A stretch of 64,000 bases of DNA from Bacillota bacterium (GTDB lineage Bacteria; Bacillota; Ch66; Ch109): the NCBI GenBank assembly GCA_013178275.1, contig JABLWZ010000009.1:16746-80745 (forward strand). The letters run 5' to 3'. Positions within the stretch are counted from its first letter, which is position 1. Each line of letters begins with the position of its first letter. Positions 23,151-35,687 of the stretch are shown here, in pieces. The notes beneath the pieces were generated by a model, which searched no databases, was not told the DNA's origin, and worked only from the letters and a program-made list of their open reading frames with translations. A program made the position numbers and the translations under genes.

Positions 23151-23176
23151 CAGGGTGTCTGTTTTCAGACACCCTG
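23151..23176 (+). terminator. hairpin between convergent genes (likely terminator)
   Basis: CAGGGTGTCTG-TTTT-CAGACACCCTG, an 11-bp perfect stem 30 nt after the stop at 23121. No clear U-tract. Confidence 0.55.
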
Positions 23177-23271
23177 TAGTTGTCGGCAGCCTTATCTTAT
23201 ACTAAAAGACGCAGAACATAGAAGTGCTGTGGATAATGCTGTTTGATCAGCCTGGTCCTGCAAGGGGAACG

Positions 23272-23580
23272 TCAGTTTTCGAAGATCTGCCACCGGTGTT
23301 TTTTCAGATCCACGCAATCGCTGTTTTTAAAGACAACCCCTTCTCTTAACAATAAATCTTTCTGTTCCGCCCAATGGGGGACGAGCCTTCCCTTGCTATT
23401 AACCACCCGGTGGCAGGGCAGGCCTGCATTATCGGGAGCATAGTGCATCGCCTGCCCGACCCTCCGCGAGCATTGTGGCCTGCCCAGTATAAAGGCAATC
23501 TGACCATAGGTCGCAACCCTGCCTCGGGGGATTTCTTTTACAATCTGATAAACCCGGGCAAAGAATTCGTCTCTTTTCAT
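23272..23580 (-). CDS. MGMT-family (O6-alkylguanine-DNA alkyltransferase DNA-binding domain) protein
   Basis: 102 aa. IPRGRVATYGQIA...LPCHRVVNSKGRL retains the PCHRV active-site motif. Confidence 0.85.
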   Translation of the reverse strand: MKRDEFFARVYQIVKEIPRGRVATYGQIAFILGRPQCSRRVGQAMHYAPDNAGLPCHRVVNSKGRLVPHWAEQKDLLLREGVVFKNSDCVDLKKHRWQIFEN

Positions 23581-23602
23581 GCAAGCAAAATCTCCAGACT
23601 AT

Positions 23603-23680
23603 GGATTTTTCAGCCGGCTAAGCTGTATCAGCTTACAACCAACTAAAAGAAGCCAGATTAAGGTAAGGACAGATGTGTAG
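23603..23680 (-). pseudogene. remnant of the 3' end of a DUF4386-like gene
   Basis: About 75 nt align at roughly 88% identity with 17640-17715, the stop-proximal end of CDS 17634..18332. Similarity stops abruptly next to the TetR gene stop. Confidence 0.6.
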
Positions 23681-23686
23681 TTCATT

Positions 23687-24283
23687 CTATTGCTTCCTTT
23701 GTCTGATCAGCCCATCCAGAAATAACATGTTTACCTCATGTGCCAATTTGGGATTATGTTCAAATGTATCACGAATTCCCTTATTATGAACTAAATAAGC
23801 TTGAAACATATCGATGCAGATCTCTATCGCAGTGTCGGACACATCTGGTGAGAAGACCCCGGACTGTTTGCCTTCGTGTATAAATTCCATTACAAGCCGT
23901 TTGTTGGCGGTGTTGAAATCATCAAGGTATCGCCTGAGTTCCTGGTCGCTTTCAATGGCATCAAAAAAGAATTGTAGGCTATATTTATTGTAATACCAGG
24001 TTCTTATTTGAATAAATTCCCCGATTTTATCAATAAAATTCCCCTCTTTTTTTATAAGCTCCTGTGCTTTTTCAATGCTCTCATCCATTATGTCTTTTAT
24101 AAGGATTCGCCGGAGGTTGTCCTTGCTCTCAAAAAAATTGTAGATAGAAACCTTGGAAACATGTGCTTTTTCCGCAATTTCGGTTACTGTTACCCTATCA
24201 AATCCATATTGATTAAATAGATCCAGAGCCGTCCGCAAGATGGCTTTTTTCTTTTCGGTTCTTCTTTTTTCAAATCCATCCAA
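23687..24283 (-). CDS. TetR/AcrR family transcriptional regulator
   Basis: N-terminal HTH (AILRTALDLFNQYGFDRVTVTEIAEKAHVSKVSIYNFF). It is divergent from the ABC transporter operon. Confidence 0.85.
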   Translation of the reverse strand: MDGFEKRRTEKKKAILRTALDLFNQYGFDRVTVTEIAEKAHVSKVSIYNFFESKDNLRRILIKDIMDESIEKAQELIKKEGNFIDKIGEFIQIRTWYYNKYSLQFFFDAIESDQELRRYLDDFNTANKRLVMEFIHEGKQSGVFSPDVSDTAIEICIDMFQAYLVHNKGIRDTFEHNPKLAHEVNMLFLDGLIRQRKQ

Positions 24284-24427
24284 ATAAAATCACCTCGCAC
24301 AATATGAACTATATAAACTTGTTTTGTAAATAATATAACGGGTAATGATTGACCAGTCAAGCATATAGTGATAATATATGAACTATAAAGGAAAATAAAG
24401 TTCATATTTTTTGAAAGGAGTATAGGT

Positions 24428-25129
24428 ATGGCTGACATTGTTTTTGATAACGTGAGCAAGGATTACCAAATGGGAGAAATCACTATCCATGCGGCAAAAC
24501 AGGTGTCGTTTCAGGTCCGAAACGGTGAGTTCTGCATTATTCTCGGACCCTCCGGCGCAGGCAAGACCACGGTGCTCAACCTTCTGGGCGGTATGGAGAA
24601 CGTCACGGCCGGAAAAATTCTTTTTGACGGCAAGGATATCACGGTCATGAACGATTTGGAATTGACCGACTACCGGCGATACAAAATCGGCTTTGTTTTT
24701 CAATTTTATAATCTGATCCCTAATCTGACTGCGGCGGAAAACGTGGAGTTGGCCAAGCAGGTTTGCAGATCACCACTGGAGCCGGAAGAGGCCCTGCGCA
24801 TTGTCGGCTTAAAGGACCGAATGCATAATTTCCCGGCGCAGCTTTCCGGCGGTGAACAGCAGCGTGTCGCCATTGCAAGGGCGATCTGCAAAAACCCGGA
24901 TCTGCTGCTCTGTGACGAGCCCACCGGTGCCCTGGACACCGAAACGGGTAAAACCGTTCTCGGGGTTTTGTCCGATATCAGCCGCAAGATGGGAAAAACG
25001 GTGGTTATCATCACCCATAATTCTCTTGTCGCACCCATTGCCGACCGGCTGATCGAAATGAAAAACGGCATGGTAGTCAATGAGCGCGTACAGGATTCTC
25101 CTGCGGACTTGGAGGGAATCAAATGGTAA
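24428..25129 (+). CDS. ABC transporter ATP-binding protein (MacB/FtsE-like)
   Basis: Walker A GPSGAGKT, signature LSGGEQQR and Walker B LLLCDEPTGALD. Confidence 0.9.
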   Translation: MADIVFDNVSKDYQMGEITIHAAKQVSFQVRNGEFCIILGPSGAGKTTVLNLLGGMENVTAGKILFDGKDITVMNDLELTDYRRYKIGFVFQFYNLIPNLTAAENVELAKQVCRSPLEPEEALRIVGLKDRMHNFPAQLSGGEQQRVAIARAICKNPDLLLCDEPTGALDTETGKTVLGVLSDISRKMGKTVVIITHNSLVAPIADRLIEMKNGMVVNERVQDSPADLEGIKW

Positions 25130-27447
25130 CGATGCTGCAAAAAAAGATTTTCCGGGATATTGGAGAAAACCGCTGGGCGTTTTTGGCTATCGTGTGTATC
25201 TGTTCACTGGGGATTGCCCTGTTCAGCGGCATCAACCTGTATGTGAGCACGGTTGAAAACGTAGTGGCCGATTATTACGAACATGCAAATCTCGCTGATT
25301 ACTGGATTTATAAAGCGGAAATTTCAAATTCCGACTTGAATAACATACGGTCTTTGACTGATGTTCAAGAAGCTCAGCGCCGGAAAGCAACTGACATTTC
25401 ACTGCCCGGAGCATCGGGCGCGGTGCTGCATCTACATGCCGTTGATGAAGCGGCTAAAATCAATGTGCCGGAGCTTTTGGACGGCAGTAAACTGGACGGA
25501 AGCGAGACCAACGCTATTCTGCTTGACAGCCGCTTTGCCCAGGCCCACGGACTGTCTGTCGGTGATATGGTTACAGCAGGAGAAGGTGAAAGGCAGACGC
25601 AATGGCTGATCAAGGGGATTGTCCGTGATGTGGAATACGTTTATTACGCGCCGGAAGGTTTAACCGTTCCTGACTACCACAAGTATGGATTTGCCTACAC
25701 AAACGCTTCCTCGTTACCGGACGTTTCATTTAATGAAATCATCCTGACCGTTCAAGATGGATTAGATCTTTCACAGGAAGAAATTTCGAACAAAGTGCGT
25801 GAAACGCTTAAAGGCGCCAATATCCTCAGCCGCCATCATCAGACAAGCTTCCGAAAGGTTGCGGACGCTATGACCGGGGTAAAACAAATTGGGCTGTTGT
25901 TTTCCATCGCCTTTTTTCTGACGGCGGCCCTCGTGACATGGATTACTGTATCCCGCATGATGGAGAACCAGCGCCAGCATTTGGGAACGTTGCGTTCTTT
26001 AGGCTACTCAAAAAAGAAAATCACAGTACGGTACTCGCTTTTTGGGGTTTTAATCACCATTCCAAGTATGATTTTAGGATGGGTCATTGCCAGATACCTG
26101 ATTGCGCAGTTCCTGTACGGTATCGGGATTACCTATTACACAATAGACGCGACCGGCGTCACGCCCTTTACGCCGCACTTCTTCGTATCGGCGCTGTGCG
26201 TGGCGGCGGTAACCTGTGGCGGTGCGGTGCTCTCCTGCCGTAAATCACTGAAATTGACACCGGCTGCGCTGATGCGGCCAAAGCCGCCGGCACATGGGCA
26301 CCGGATTCTGCTGGAACGAATCGCACCATTTTGGCGAAGCTTAAGTTTCAGCGGGAAAATCGTGACAAGAAACCTGTTCCGCAACAAGGCGCGGATGCTC
26401 ATGGGGCTTATCGGCATTATCGGCTCCACTTCCCTGATTCTGTGCGGCTTCGGGTTGATGAACTCTATTAACGCGATGCTCGACAAGGCGTTTGATGAAA
26501 CGGTGCAGTATAACGTGGAGATCAAACTCCGAACCCCTTCGACTAGCGAGCAGCTTTCCGATATTTATGATACGCTGAACAGTGCACAGAATATCGACGC
26601 AACCATGGCGTTCAGCGTTTATCTTTATGGTGAAGGCGGCAGTGTGCAAAGCCCCTATCTCGTCGTGATGGACGAAGGACAGAAAAGCTTTAACTTCAAG
26701 GACACAAACGGCAACACGGTTCATTTGCCGGAGAACGGGGCGCTGATCACTCCAAGGATGGCAGACGCTCTTGGTGCGAGTGTCGGCGATACGCTCACAG
26801 CGGAACGACTTGATGGAACCGTCATATCGCTGGAGGTCGCGAATATAGTGGATTTTCCGGTCGGAAACGAGGTTTATATAGGCAGAACAGCATTTTCAAA
26901 GGTGTCAGACCTCCGGTTCCTTGTAAGGACGCTGCTGATAAACGGGCAGGGGCTTGACCTGAACAAGCTGAAAAGCGATCCGAGAATTTCACTGGTTGAA
27001 ACAAGGGAAGAAATGCGCAGCAATATGCTTATCGTTCTGGAAGCTCTGCAAAGTTTTCAGGTTATATTGATTTTGTTCTCCGGCCTGCTTGCCTTTGCTG
27101 TTATGATGGTGCTGGGGCACATGAACTACTATGAGCGAATCCGCGAGCTGGCGACCCTGAAAGTATTGGGGTTTCATAGAAATGAAATGAAAAGGCTGGT
27201 GCTGCGTGAAAACATCTGGATTACCCTATTCGGCCTGCCTTTTGGTTACATCCTTGGCTCTTTGCTGCTTCGCGCCATACTCGATCAAGCGACAACGCCG
27301 GATTTGGAAATCTTGCCGCTGATTACTGGTTTAAGCATCGTCCTTGGTTTTGCTTTTATGCTTGCGTTTACAATGCTTGTTAATAATGCCATGGGGCGAA
27401 AGTTTAAAAGCATAGATATGGTGGCATCACTAAAAAGTGTGGAGTGA
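25123..27447 (+). CDS. FtsX-like ABC transporter permease (two FtsX domains)
   Basis: 774 aa. It overlaps the ATPase gene by 7 nt and has two blocks of 4 TM helices separated by large extracytoplasmic domains. Confidence 0.8.
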   Translation: MVTMLQKKIFRDIGENRWAFLAIVCICSLGIALFSGINLYVSTVENVVADYYEHANLADYWIYKAEISNSDLNNIRSLTDVQEAQRRKATDISLPGASGAVLHLHAVDEAAKINVPELLDGSKLDGSETNAILLDSRFAQAHGLSVGDMVTAGEGERQTQWLIKGIVRDVEYVYYAPEGLTVPDYHKYGFAYTNASSLPDVSFNEIILTVQDGLDLSQEEISNKVRETLKGANILSRHHQTSFRKVADAMTGVKQIGLLFSIAFFLTAALVTWITVSRMMENQRQHLGTLRSLGYSKKKITVRYSLFGVLITIPSMILGWVIARYLIAQFLYGIGITYYTIDATGVTPFTPHFFVSALCVAAVTCGGAVLSCRKSLKLTPAALMRPKPPAHGHRILLERIAPFWRSLSFSGKIVTRNLFRNKARMLMGLIGIIGSTSLILCGFGLMNSINAMLDKAFDETVQYNVEIKLRTPSTSEQLSDIYDTLNSAQNIDATMAFSVYLYGEGGSVQSPYLVVMDEGQKSFNFKDTNGNTVHLPENGALITPRMADALGASVGDTLTAERLDGTVISLEVANIVDFPVGNEVYIGRTAFSKVSDLRFLVRTLLINGQGLDLNKLKSDPRISLVETREEMRSNMLIVLEALQSFQVILILFSGLLAFAVMMVLGHMNYYERIRELATLKVLGFHRNEMKRLVLRENIWITLFGLPFGYILGSLLLRAILDQATTPDLEILPLITGLSIVLGFAFMLAFTMLVNNAMGRKFKSIDMVASLKSVE

Positions 27448-27483
27448 ACGGTTCCCGCAAACGAATACCGAGATTCCATACCT

Positions 27484-27521
27484 CTCTACTGCTTCGAGTC
27501 AGTCGGCTCGAAGCAGTAGAG
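27484..27521 (+). terminator. hairpin terminator after the ABC permease gene
   Basis: CTCTACTGCTTCGAG-TCAGTCGG-CTCGAAGCAGTAGAG, a 15-bp perfect stem followed by CTTT. Confidence 0.65.
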
Positions 27522-27666
27522 CTTTAAATCAGGGTTTTTCAGTACCGCTTGGAGCGGTGCCCGTAACAGTAACTTTAACCTTTCCGGAATTCCCTCTGAA
27601 AGAAATAGTCTCGGATACAGTCCCGCTTTGTACAGTCTTTTCCTTGCCGGTATCATCGGCCGCCTT

Positions 27667-28494
27667 TTACTGCCTATTGTAATAGGTACGATCACAGTAC
27701 AGATAGGTGAAAGGGGCTTGATCGTCATCTTTTAATCTAAAACTGGCCGTAACGGTTTGTTCGACGTCAAAAACGCCCGCGTAGTCGTCTTTTAACAAAA
27801 TCTCAAGCGCCAGCCGGTCAATATCGCCGCTGTTAAAGTCTTCGGCGGATTTCCGATTGCCTGCATCTAGTATTGCCTTCATATTCGGAGATGCTAAATC
27901 ATAGGGATCCAAAAAATCGCTTTCATAAAGCGATATTCCGTCAAAGGTCGCGGTAAATACGTCACCTTCCCGTTCAAGGCTCGTGAGTCTGTAAAGCACA
28001 GCCCCGTGGTCATCCCATCCGATCGGGATATACCCTTTATCGGTATATTTAAAAAAAGACGATTTGTGGTGCTGATAGGTTATATCGCCGAAATATCTTG
28101 CGGTCGCTTCCTCGAAGGCTTCTTTGGTCATAAGGTATTCGCCCGCGTCCAGCTTTAAGCCGCAATGATAAAAGACAAAATGGGTCAACTCATCCCAATC
28201 GGGGCTGTTTTCTTCTTCAAACGAAGGCAGGGTCCTTAATTCCTTATTGTGCTCCCGGTAATATCTGAAAAACGCTTCAACCGTCTCTTCGGACACAGTA
28301 AGCCTGTCTTCGGAAAGGAGCCGCGCCCATTTCCGGTTTGGCGTGTCCGGCGGCGTTTCGGCGGTCTGCGTTTGATCCTCATTCGGCAGCACCGTTTCTG
28401 TCTCCGGCGTCGGCGGCTTTACCGCTGGCGGTTGAGTACAGGAAACCAATATCAACATAAGCGTCAGCATGGCCGACAAGATGAAACAGTAACG
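27667..28494 (-). CDS. hypothetical lipoprotein
   Basis: From ATG 28494: MRYCFILSAMLTLMLILVSC, a signal peptide with a lipobox Cys, then a Pro/Thr/Glu-rich linker. No family recognised. Confidence 0.6.
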   Translation of the reverse strand, partial: RYCFILSAMLTLMLILVSCTQPPAVKPPTPETETVLPNEDQTQTAETPPDTPNRKWARLLSEDRLTVSEETVEAFFRYYREHNKELRTLPSFEEENSPDWDELTHFVFYHCGLKLDAGEYLMTKEAFEEATARYFGDITYQHHKSSFFKYTDKGYIPIGWDDHGAVLYRLTSLEREGDVFTATFDGISLYESDFLDPYDLASPNMKAILDAGNRKSAEDFNSGDIDRLALEILLKDDYAGVFDVEQTVTASFRLKDDDQAPFTYLYCDRTYYNRQ

Positions 28495-28548
28495 CATCCG
28501 ACTCCTCCTATTTGTTCTCATTCTTTTGAAAGCAACACTCACGTGTCT

Positions 28549-29665
28549 TTAACGGTACGCCTTGATTAAATTTCTGCCGCTGCTTTTTGCCTGGTACAAT
28601 GCAACGTCTGCCTTGTTTAAAACAGTATCGCAGCTTTCACATTCACTGCAATCGTAAATTCCCCCGCTAATGGTAACGTGCAGTTGCGCATAATCCCATT
28701 TTAAGCCTTCAATGTATTTCCGTATATTTTCAGCTCGATTAAATGCGACTTCAAGTTTGGTATCCGGCATAAGAATTAAAAACTCCTCTCCACCTATTCT
28801 GCCGATAAAATCAGTGCTGCGAAAGTGCTCTCTAATTGATGCGCTGATTTTAGCTAGAACCAAATCTCCTACTTTATGTCCATATGTATCGTTTATTTTT
28901 TTGAAGTGATCGATATCCATCATGACGATGGAAATTCCTTTTGGTTGACTGCCTCTTTCTATGAGGCCTGACAGCAGCTCAATAATATATCTCCGGTTAT
29001 GTAACCCGGTTAAATCATCGGTTATTGAGGCTTGATATAAGACATCATTTGATTTTTTAAGTTTTTTCCTGAGCAAAACTTAGTTTGTCAATAGTGCGGT
29101 GATACTCCCTCATGATTTTAATGATCATGATGAACATGACAAAGCTAATTATCACCATAGCGACCGCTTTATCAATAAACACCGCCGTTTCTGAATTATA
29201 TTTAATTATCAGATCCGGATAATTAAATTCAATGATTAACAAGGCGATTAATACAACTATTTGAATGCCCAATACTAATTTATATCTAAGATTGTTCAGC
29301 AAAATCGCGGATAAGCCGATATTAAAAAGATAGAAAAATGGAATGGAGCTGGACAGGCCTCCATTGTATATCCATAACAGAGGGATAAAAATTAAAGTAA
29401 GCAGTAATAACGCACCATATGCCGGTAAAATATACTTTTTCTTAAAGTAAGCTAAATAAAAAAAATAAAGTGTCAGTAATCCCATAAACAAAGTAGCTAA
29501 TATTGGGACAATTCCCGCATCTAAAAGATAATTACCCACTGTAGCAGTAAAACAAAATAGCATTCCTACCAATGAAGTAATAATCAGTATTCTTGATTCT
29601 AAAGATAATTCTGATACGGTTCGTTTTATATTGTTATATTTTTCAAGCAGAGCCTCATACCTCAT
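28549..29665 (-). pseudogene. membrane-anchored GGDEF diguanylate cyclase split by a +1 frameshift in an A6 run
   Basis: ORF 29057..29665 (6 TM helices) ends ...KLSFAQEKT*. ORF 28549..29076 starts in the +1 frame (LRKKLKKSNDVLYQASITDDLTGLHNRRY...GGEEF). Removing one A from the A6 run at 29062-29067 joins them as ...AQEKLKKSNDVLYQAS... Confidence 0.75.
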
Positions 29666-29713
29666 TTCAGCACCCTTTGACTAGCCTTTATAGCTTCCCA
29701 CATTTTATAGGTT

Positions 29714-30004
29714 CTACCTCATGTATCTTTTCAACTCATCGTAGAAATTTTCTCTGGTTCCAGCAAGGATTACAACCACTAACTTATCATCTTCTTCATA
29801 GATTCGATAGGCAATTTCGTAATTGGTCTTGTTGTAATAAACATCATAGCCGTAGACCCCAGCCAGATCCCCGGTTTTCAGCTCTCCGACGTACGGATCG
29901 CCGCTGATCTCGTTTAGAGCACTTCGGTATGCTGCTTTTAGCCTCTTTTCCCTGATTTTTATAAAATACTTCTCGGCTGCTTTTGTATAACGGATTTCAT
30001 ACAT
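29714..30004 (-). CDS. type II toxin, RelE/ParE superfamily
   Basis: 96 aa. Its ATG immediately follows the stop of the upstream antitoxin gene. The sequence pattern (YEIRYTKAAEKYF...GDPYVGELKTGDLAGVYGY...YRIYEEDDKLVVVILAGTRENFY) is typical of this superfamily. Confidence 0.8.
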   Translation of the reverse strand: MYEIRYTKAAEKYFIKIREKRLKAAYRSALNEISGDPYVGELKTGDLAGVYGYDVYYNKTNYEIAYRIYEEDDKLVVVILAGTRENFYDELKRYMR

Positions 30005-30349
30005 CTACCGATCCTCCGCGCCAAACATCTCATCAAGCGATAATTTCCCTTCGCCACTTTTTGCCAGGGCATCGGCTTCCGCGATGAGCTTCTTTATGGC
30101 CGGGCGTACTTTTTTACTCTGCTCCTTGAATCTTTCCAGCAGTTCCTGGCCCGAAAATCCCTGAGAGATTAAATCGGCCAGTATTTGCTCAGAGAATTCT
30201 CCGCTGTTGGTATCCCGAACCGGTCTCAGAAGGATACCGCCATTCTGCAAAATGCATTCAGCCTCGTTATTAAAACCGAGCGCCTCAAAGTATTTTTGGG
30301 GAATCGTCACCTGGCGTTTTACCGAAACACTGATGATTTTTCTTTCCAT
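30005..30349 (-). CDS. AbrB/MazE/SpoVT-family antitoxin
   Basis: ATG 30349 is preceded by AGGAG. The N-terminus KIISVSVKRQVTIPQKYFEALGF is a swapped-hairpin AbrB-type DNA-binding motif. Confidence 0.75.
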   Translation of the reverse strand: MERKIISVSVKRQVTIPQKYFEALGFNNEAECILQNGGILLRPVRDTNSGEFSEQILADLISQGFSGQELLERFKEQSKKVRPAIKKLIAEADALAKSGEGKLSLDEMFGAEDR

Positions 30350-30591
30350 CTTCGATTCACTCCTAACAATTGCTTGTTCCATATGGCTCCTGTTTGTATT
30401 ATATGCCTCTAATTCAAATTTATGCATATTTCTTGGTTTCTTTGTTTTCATATTAATAAGAATTTTGCTCCATGTCAATAAACCTTACATGTAATTACTT
30501 TTTTCAGTCTTAAAAAGCGACCCTGATTGGGCCGCCCTCCTAGCTTTCATCTTTAATTTAGCTCCCCATGAGGAAGACAACAGCTTCCCCA

Positions 30592-33303
<2,712 letters not shown>

Positions 33304-33438
33304 TTATAGCAGTAGCAAATCGGAACCAATAGTCTGCATCTAGAATTTTTTATATGTTATAATTAAAGTGGAGAGGGTCCAAACATGTAAGGGAGGGTAG
33401 AAAACCCCTCCTTTAATTCAACCAGGATCATTGACGAG

Positions 33439-33822
33439 ATGGTGAACAATTTACAGCAGGATGCGGCGAATGCGGTAAAGACAATAGAAGAGGTAGATAA
33501 AACATTAAAGGAACAGGTCGAAAATGTGAATCTCACCGAAAGTAAGTATCAGGAAATTGCTGAAGCTATCAATAAATCAAGAAAAGCAGTGGCAACAATA
33601 AGCGAAGCCGGGAAGCAAATGAATCAAAACAAAAATGAAATATTGGGCAGCATTCAGACCCTTGCTGCTATGGCGCAAGAAAACGCAGCAGGAACTGAGC
33701 AGACTTCTTCCGCGTCCATACAGGAGCAGACAGCTTCTATTGAGGAAATTGCCAATGCAAGCTCCAGTTTATCACAGCAATCTCAACAGCTTCAGGGGCT
33801 TATTGGGAGATTCAAGCTTTAA
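33439..33822 (+). pseudogene. C-terminal fragment of a methyl-accepting chemotaxis protein
   Basis: The 127-aa ORF contains only the distal signalling-domain helix (...QTLAAMAQENAAGTEQTSSASIQEQTASIEEIANASSSLSQQSQQLQGLIGRFKL). There is no sensor, TM or HAMP part. Confidence 0.7.
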
Positions 33823-33868
33823 TAGATGAGGCTGTATTATCAACCGGGGTAAATGGCAATAATCCGGA

Positions 33869-34750
33869 TCATTTTTTCACGCTGTCCGCCATTTCTCTGA
33901 GTTGCGCCGCAGTAAATAAAAACTGCCGGTCGCAAAATTGGCAGGTGATCTCAAAATGGTCTTGTTCGCCGGCAAGTTTCAGAAGTTCCTCCCGGCCCAT
34001 GCTGACCAGCGCACCCGTGACGCGCTCAGCGGAGCAGTAGCAGCGGTATTCAACCGGGGTTTCCGACAGTATTTTCGGGGAGAAGCCTTCAAGCACACGC
34101 AAAAGGATTTCAGAGGGGGACATGCCCGAGTCCAGCATTTTTGTCACCGCGCCCGCGCTGCGCACCGATTCCTCCAAACGCTCGGCGGCGCTTTTATCAG
34201 CGCCTGGAAGCATCTGTATGATGTAGCCTCCGGCGGCACGGACGGACTGATCGGTATCCACAAGCACTCCCAGCGCGCAGGCAGATGGGATTTGCTCGCT
34301 TTCTGCAAAATATGCGGTCATATCCTCGGCGATTTCACCGCTGACCAGGTTGACCATACCGATATAAGGTTCCTTTAGCCCCAAGTCGCGGATTACCACC
34401 ATCTGCCCGATACCCACGCCGCGGCCGACATCGAGCTTGCCATCCGCGCTCAACGGGAGATCTACAGCCGGGTTATGCAGGTAACCGCGTACATTACCTT
34501 GGCCGTCGGACACTGCAACAACAGATCCCAGGGGTCCGTTACCCCGTATCTGGACTGTGACTGAACCCTGCGGTTCTTTAAGCTGCGAACCCATCATAGA
34601 GGCCGCAGCTAGCGTCCTCCCAAGCGCTGCGGTCGCGAGCGGCAGACAGCCGTGTATCTGACGCGCCCGTTCTGTTAAATGACGGGAAGTTATAGCATCG
34701 GCGCGTATAAATCCGTCGGTCGTCACGGCGCGTGCAATATGGTCTTTCAT
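33869..34750 (-). CDS. hslO: Hsp33 redox-regulated chaperone
   Basis: 293 aa with the C-terminal zinc centre CYCSAERV...CQFCDRQF. Confidence 0.9.
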   Translation of the reverse strand: MKDHIARAVTTDGFIRADAITSRHLTERARQIHGCLPLATAALGRTLAAASMMGSQLKEPQGSVTVQIRGNGPLGSVVAVSDGQGNVRGYLHNPAVDLPLSADGKLDVGRGVGIGQMVVIRDLGLKEPYIGMVNLVSGEIAEDMTAYFAESEQIPSACALGVLVDTDQSVRAAGGYIIQMLPGADKSAAERLEESVRSAGAVTKMLDSGMSPSEILLRVLEGFSPKILSETPVEYRCYCSAERVTGALVSMGREELLKLAGEQDHFEITCQFCDRQFLFTAAQLREMADSVKK

Positions 34751-34979
34751 TGTCTCACCTCAAAAAATTATCTTTACTATTATTTGCTGAGCCCGTGCTA
34801 AATCATCCTTACCACTATCTTTACATGAACTAAGGATACAAAAAAATGCCGCTCGAAGCTAGTACCCCCTTTGGCGTCCCTTTGACGTTTTTGCTTTTAT
34901 GACAATTTATTTAAGCAAATCTGTCAAGTTGAAAAGTACTTCATTAAAAAATGAGACATAACTACCATTTAAATAAACC

Positions 34980-35564
34980 TTAATATATTTCACCAACCGC
35001 CTTCAACTGTTCGATAGCCTTCTGGATTTCTGCCTGAACCTTTTTATACTCTATTTCCTTCCAGGCACGAAGCAATGGTATAAACCTCGCATTTCCGGTG
35101 TCCTTTATCTTCTCAAGCAGAAGAAGTATCATCCCCCGATTCCTATCTTTCAGTTCCTGAACAAAACTGTAATCCTTGCCTTCCAATAGCGACCTAAGCT
35201 TCTGAAGCAGTTCTTCCGCATATGTCTCCCTCTCAATACACCAGCCCTTTTCGGTAAAAACCAGCACGGGGAGCCTTCCGCTGTACTCTATTTCTAGGTA
35301 ATCCCGCAGAATCATCCAATCTATCCGGTTTATTATTTCTTCGATTTTAAGTTCCTTGTAATATCCATGGGAAGGACATTTATCAAGCCCATGTTCCAGC
35401 AATTTTTTATCCTTTGAGCCTTTAAGTATTTTCGCGAGCATGCTGCGCCCACCGGTGGCTATCAACTCATCCGCCGCCCTTAAAACAGCTTTGATTTCAA
35501 CGTCTGTAAGTCTCTTGATCCCACCGCTTTCGAGTCTAAACTCAACTCGCCGTTTCTTTGCCAT
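34980..35564 (-). CDS. RecQ-C-terminal (RQC)-like winged-helix DNA-binding protein, copy 1
   Basis: ATG at 35564 (MAKKRRVEF...). LAKILKGSKDKKLLEHGLDKCPSHGYY resembles the RQC domain of RecQ. It is 94% identical at the protein level to CDS 52796..53380. Confidence 0.7.
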   Translation of the reverse strand: MAKKRRVEFRLESGGIKRLTDVEIKAVLRAADELIATGGRSMLAKILKGSKDKKLLEHGLDKCPSHGYYKELKIEEIINRIDWMILRDYLEIEYSGRLPVLVFTEKGWCIERETYAEELLQKLRSLLEGKDYSFVQELKDRNRGMILLLLEKIKDTGNARFIPLLRAWKEIEYKKVQAEIQKAIEQLKAVGEIY

Positions 35565-35687
35565 CGGTCTCGATCCTTCAAATAACAAGTTCTTAGAATG
35601 TAACTTCCTAACAGATATTTTTTCGATAAAGTATATAAATACTCTGGTATCCCCTTGGTGTGTCATGATACTGTTAATGATTTCAGC

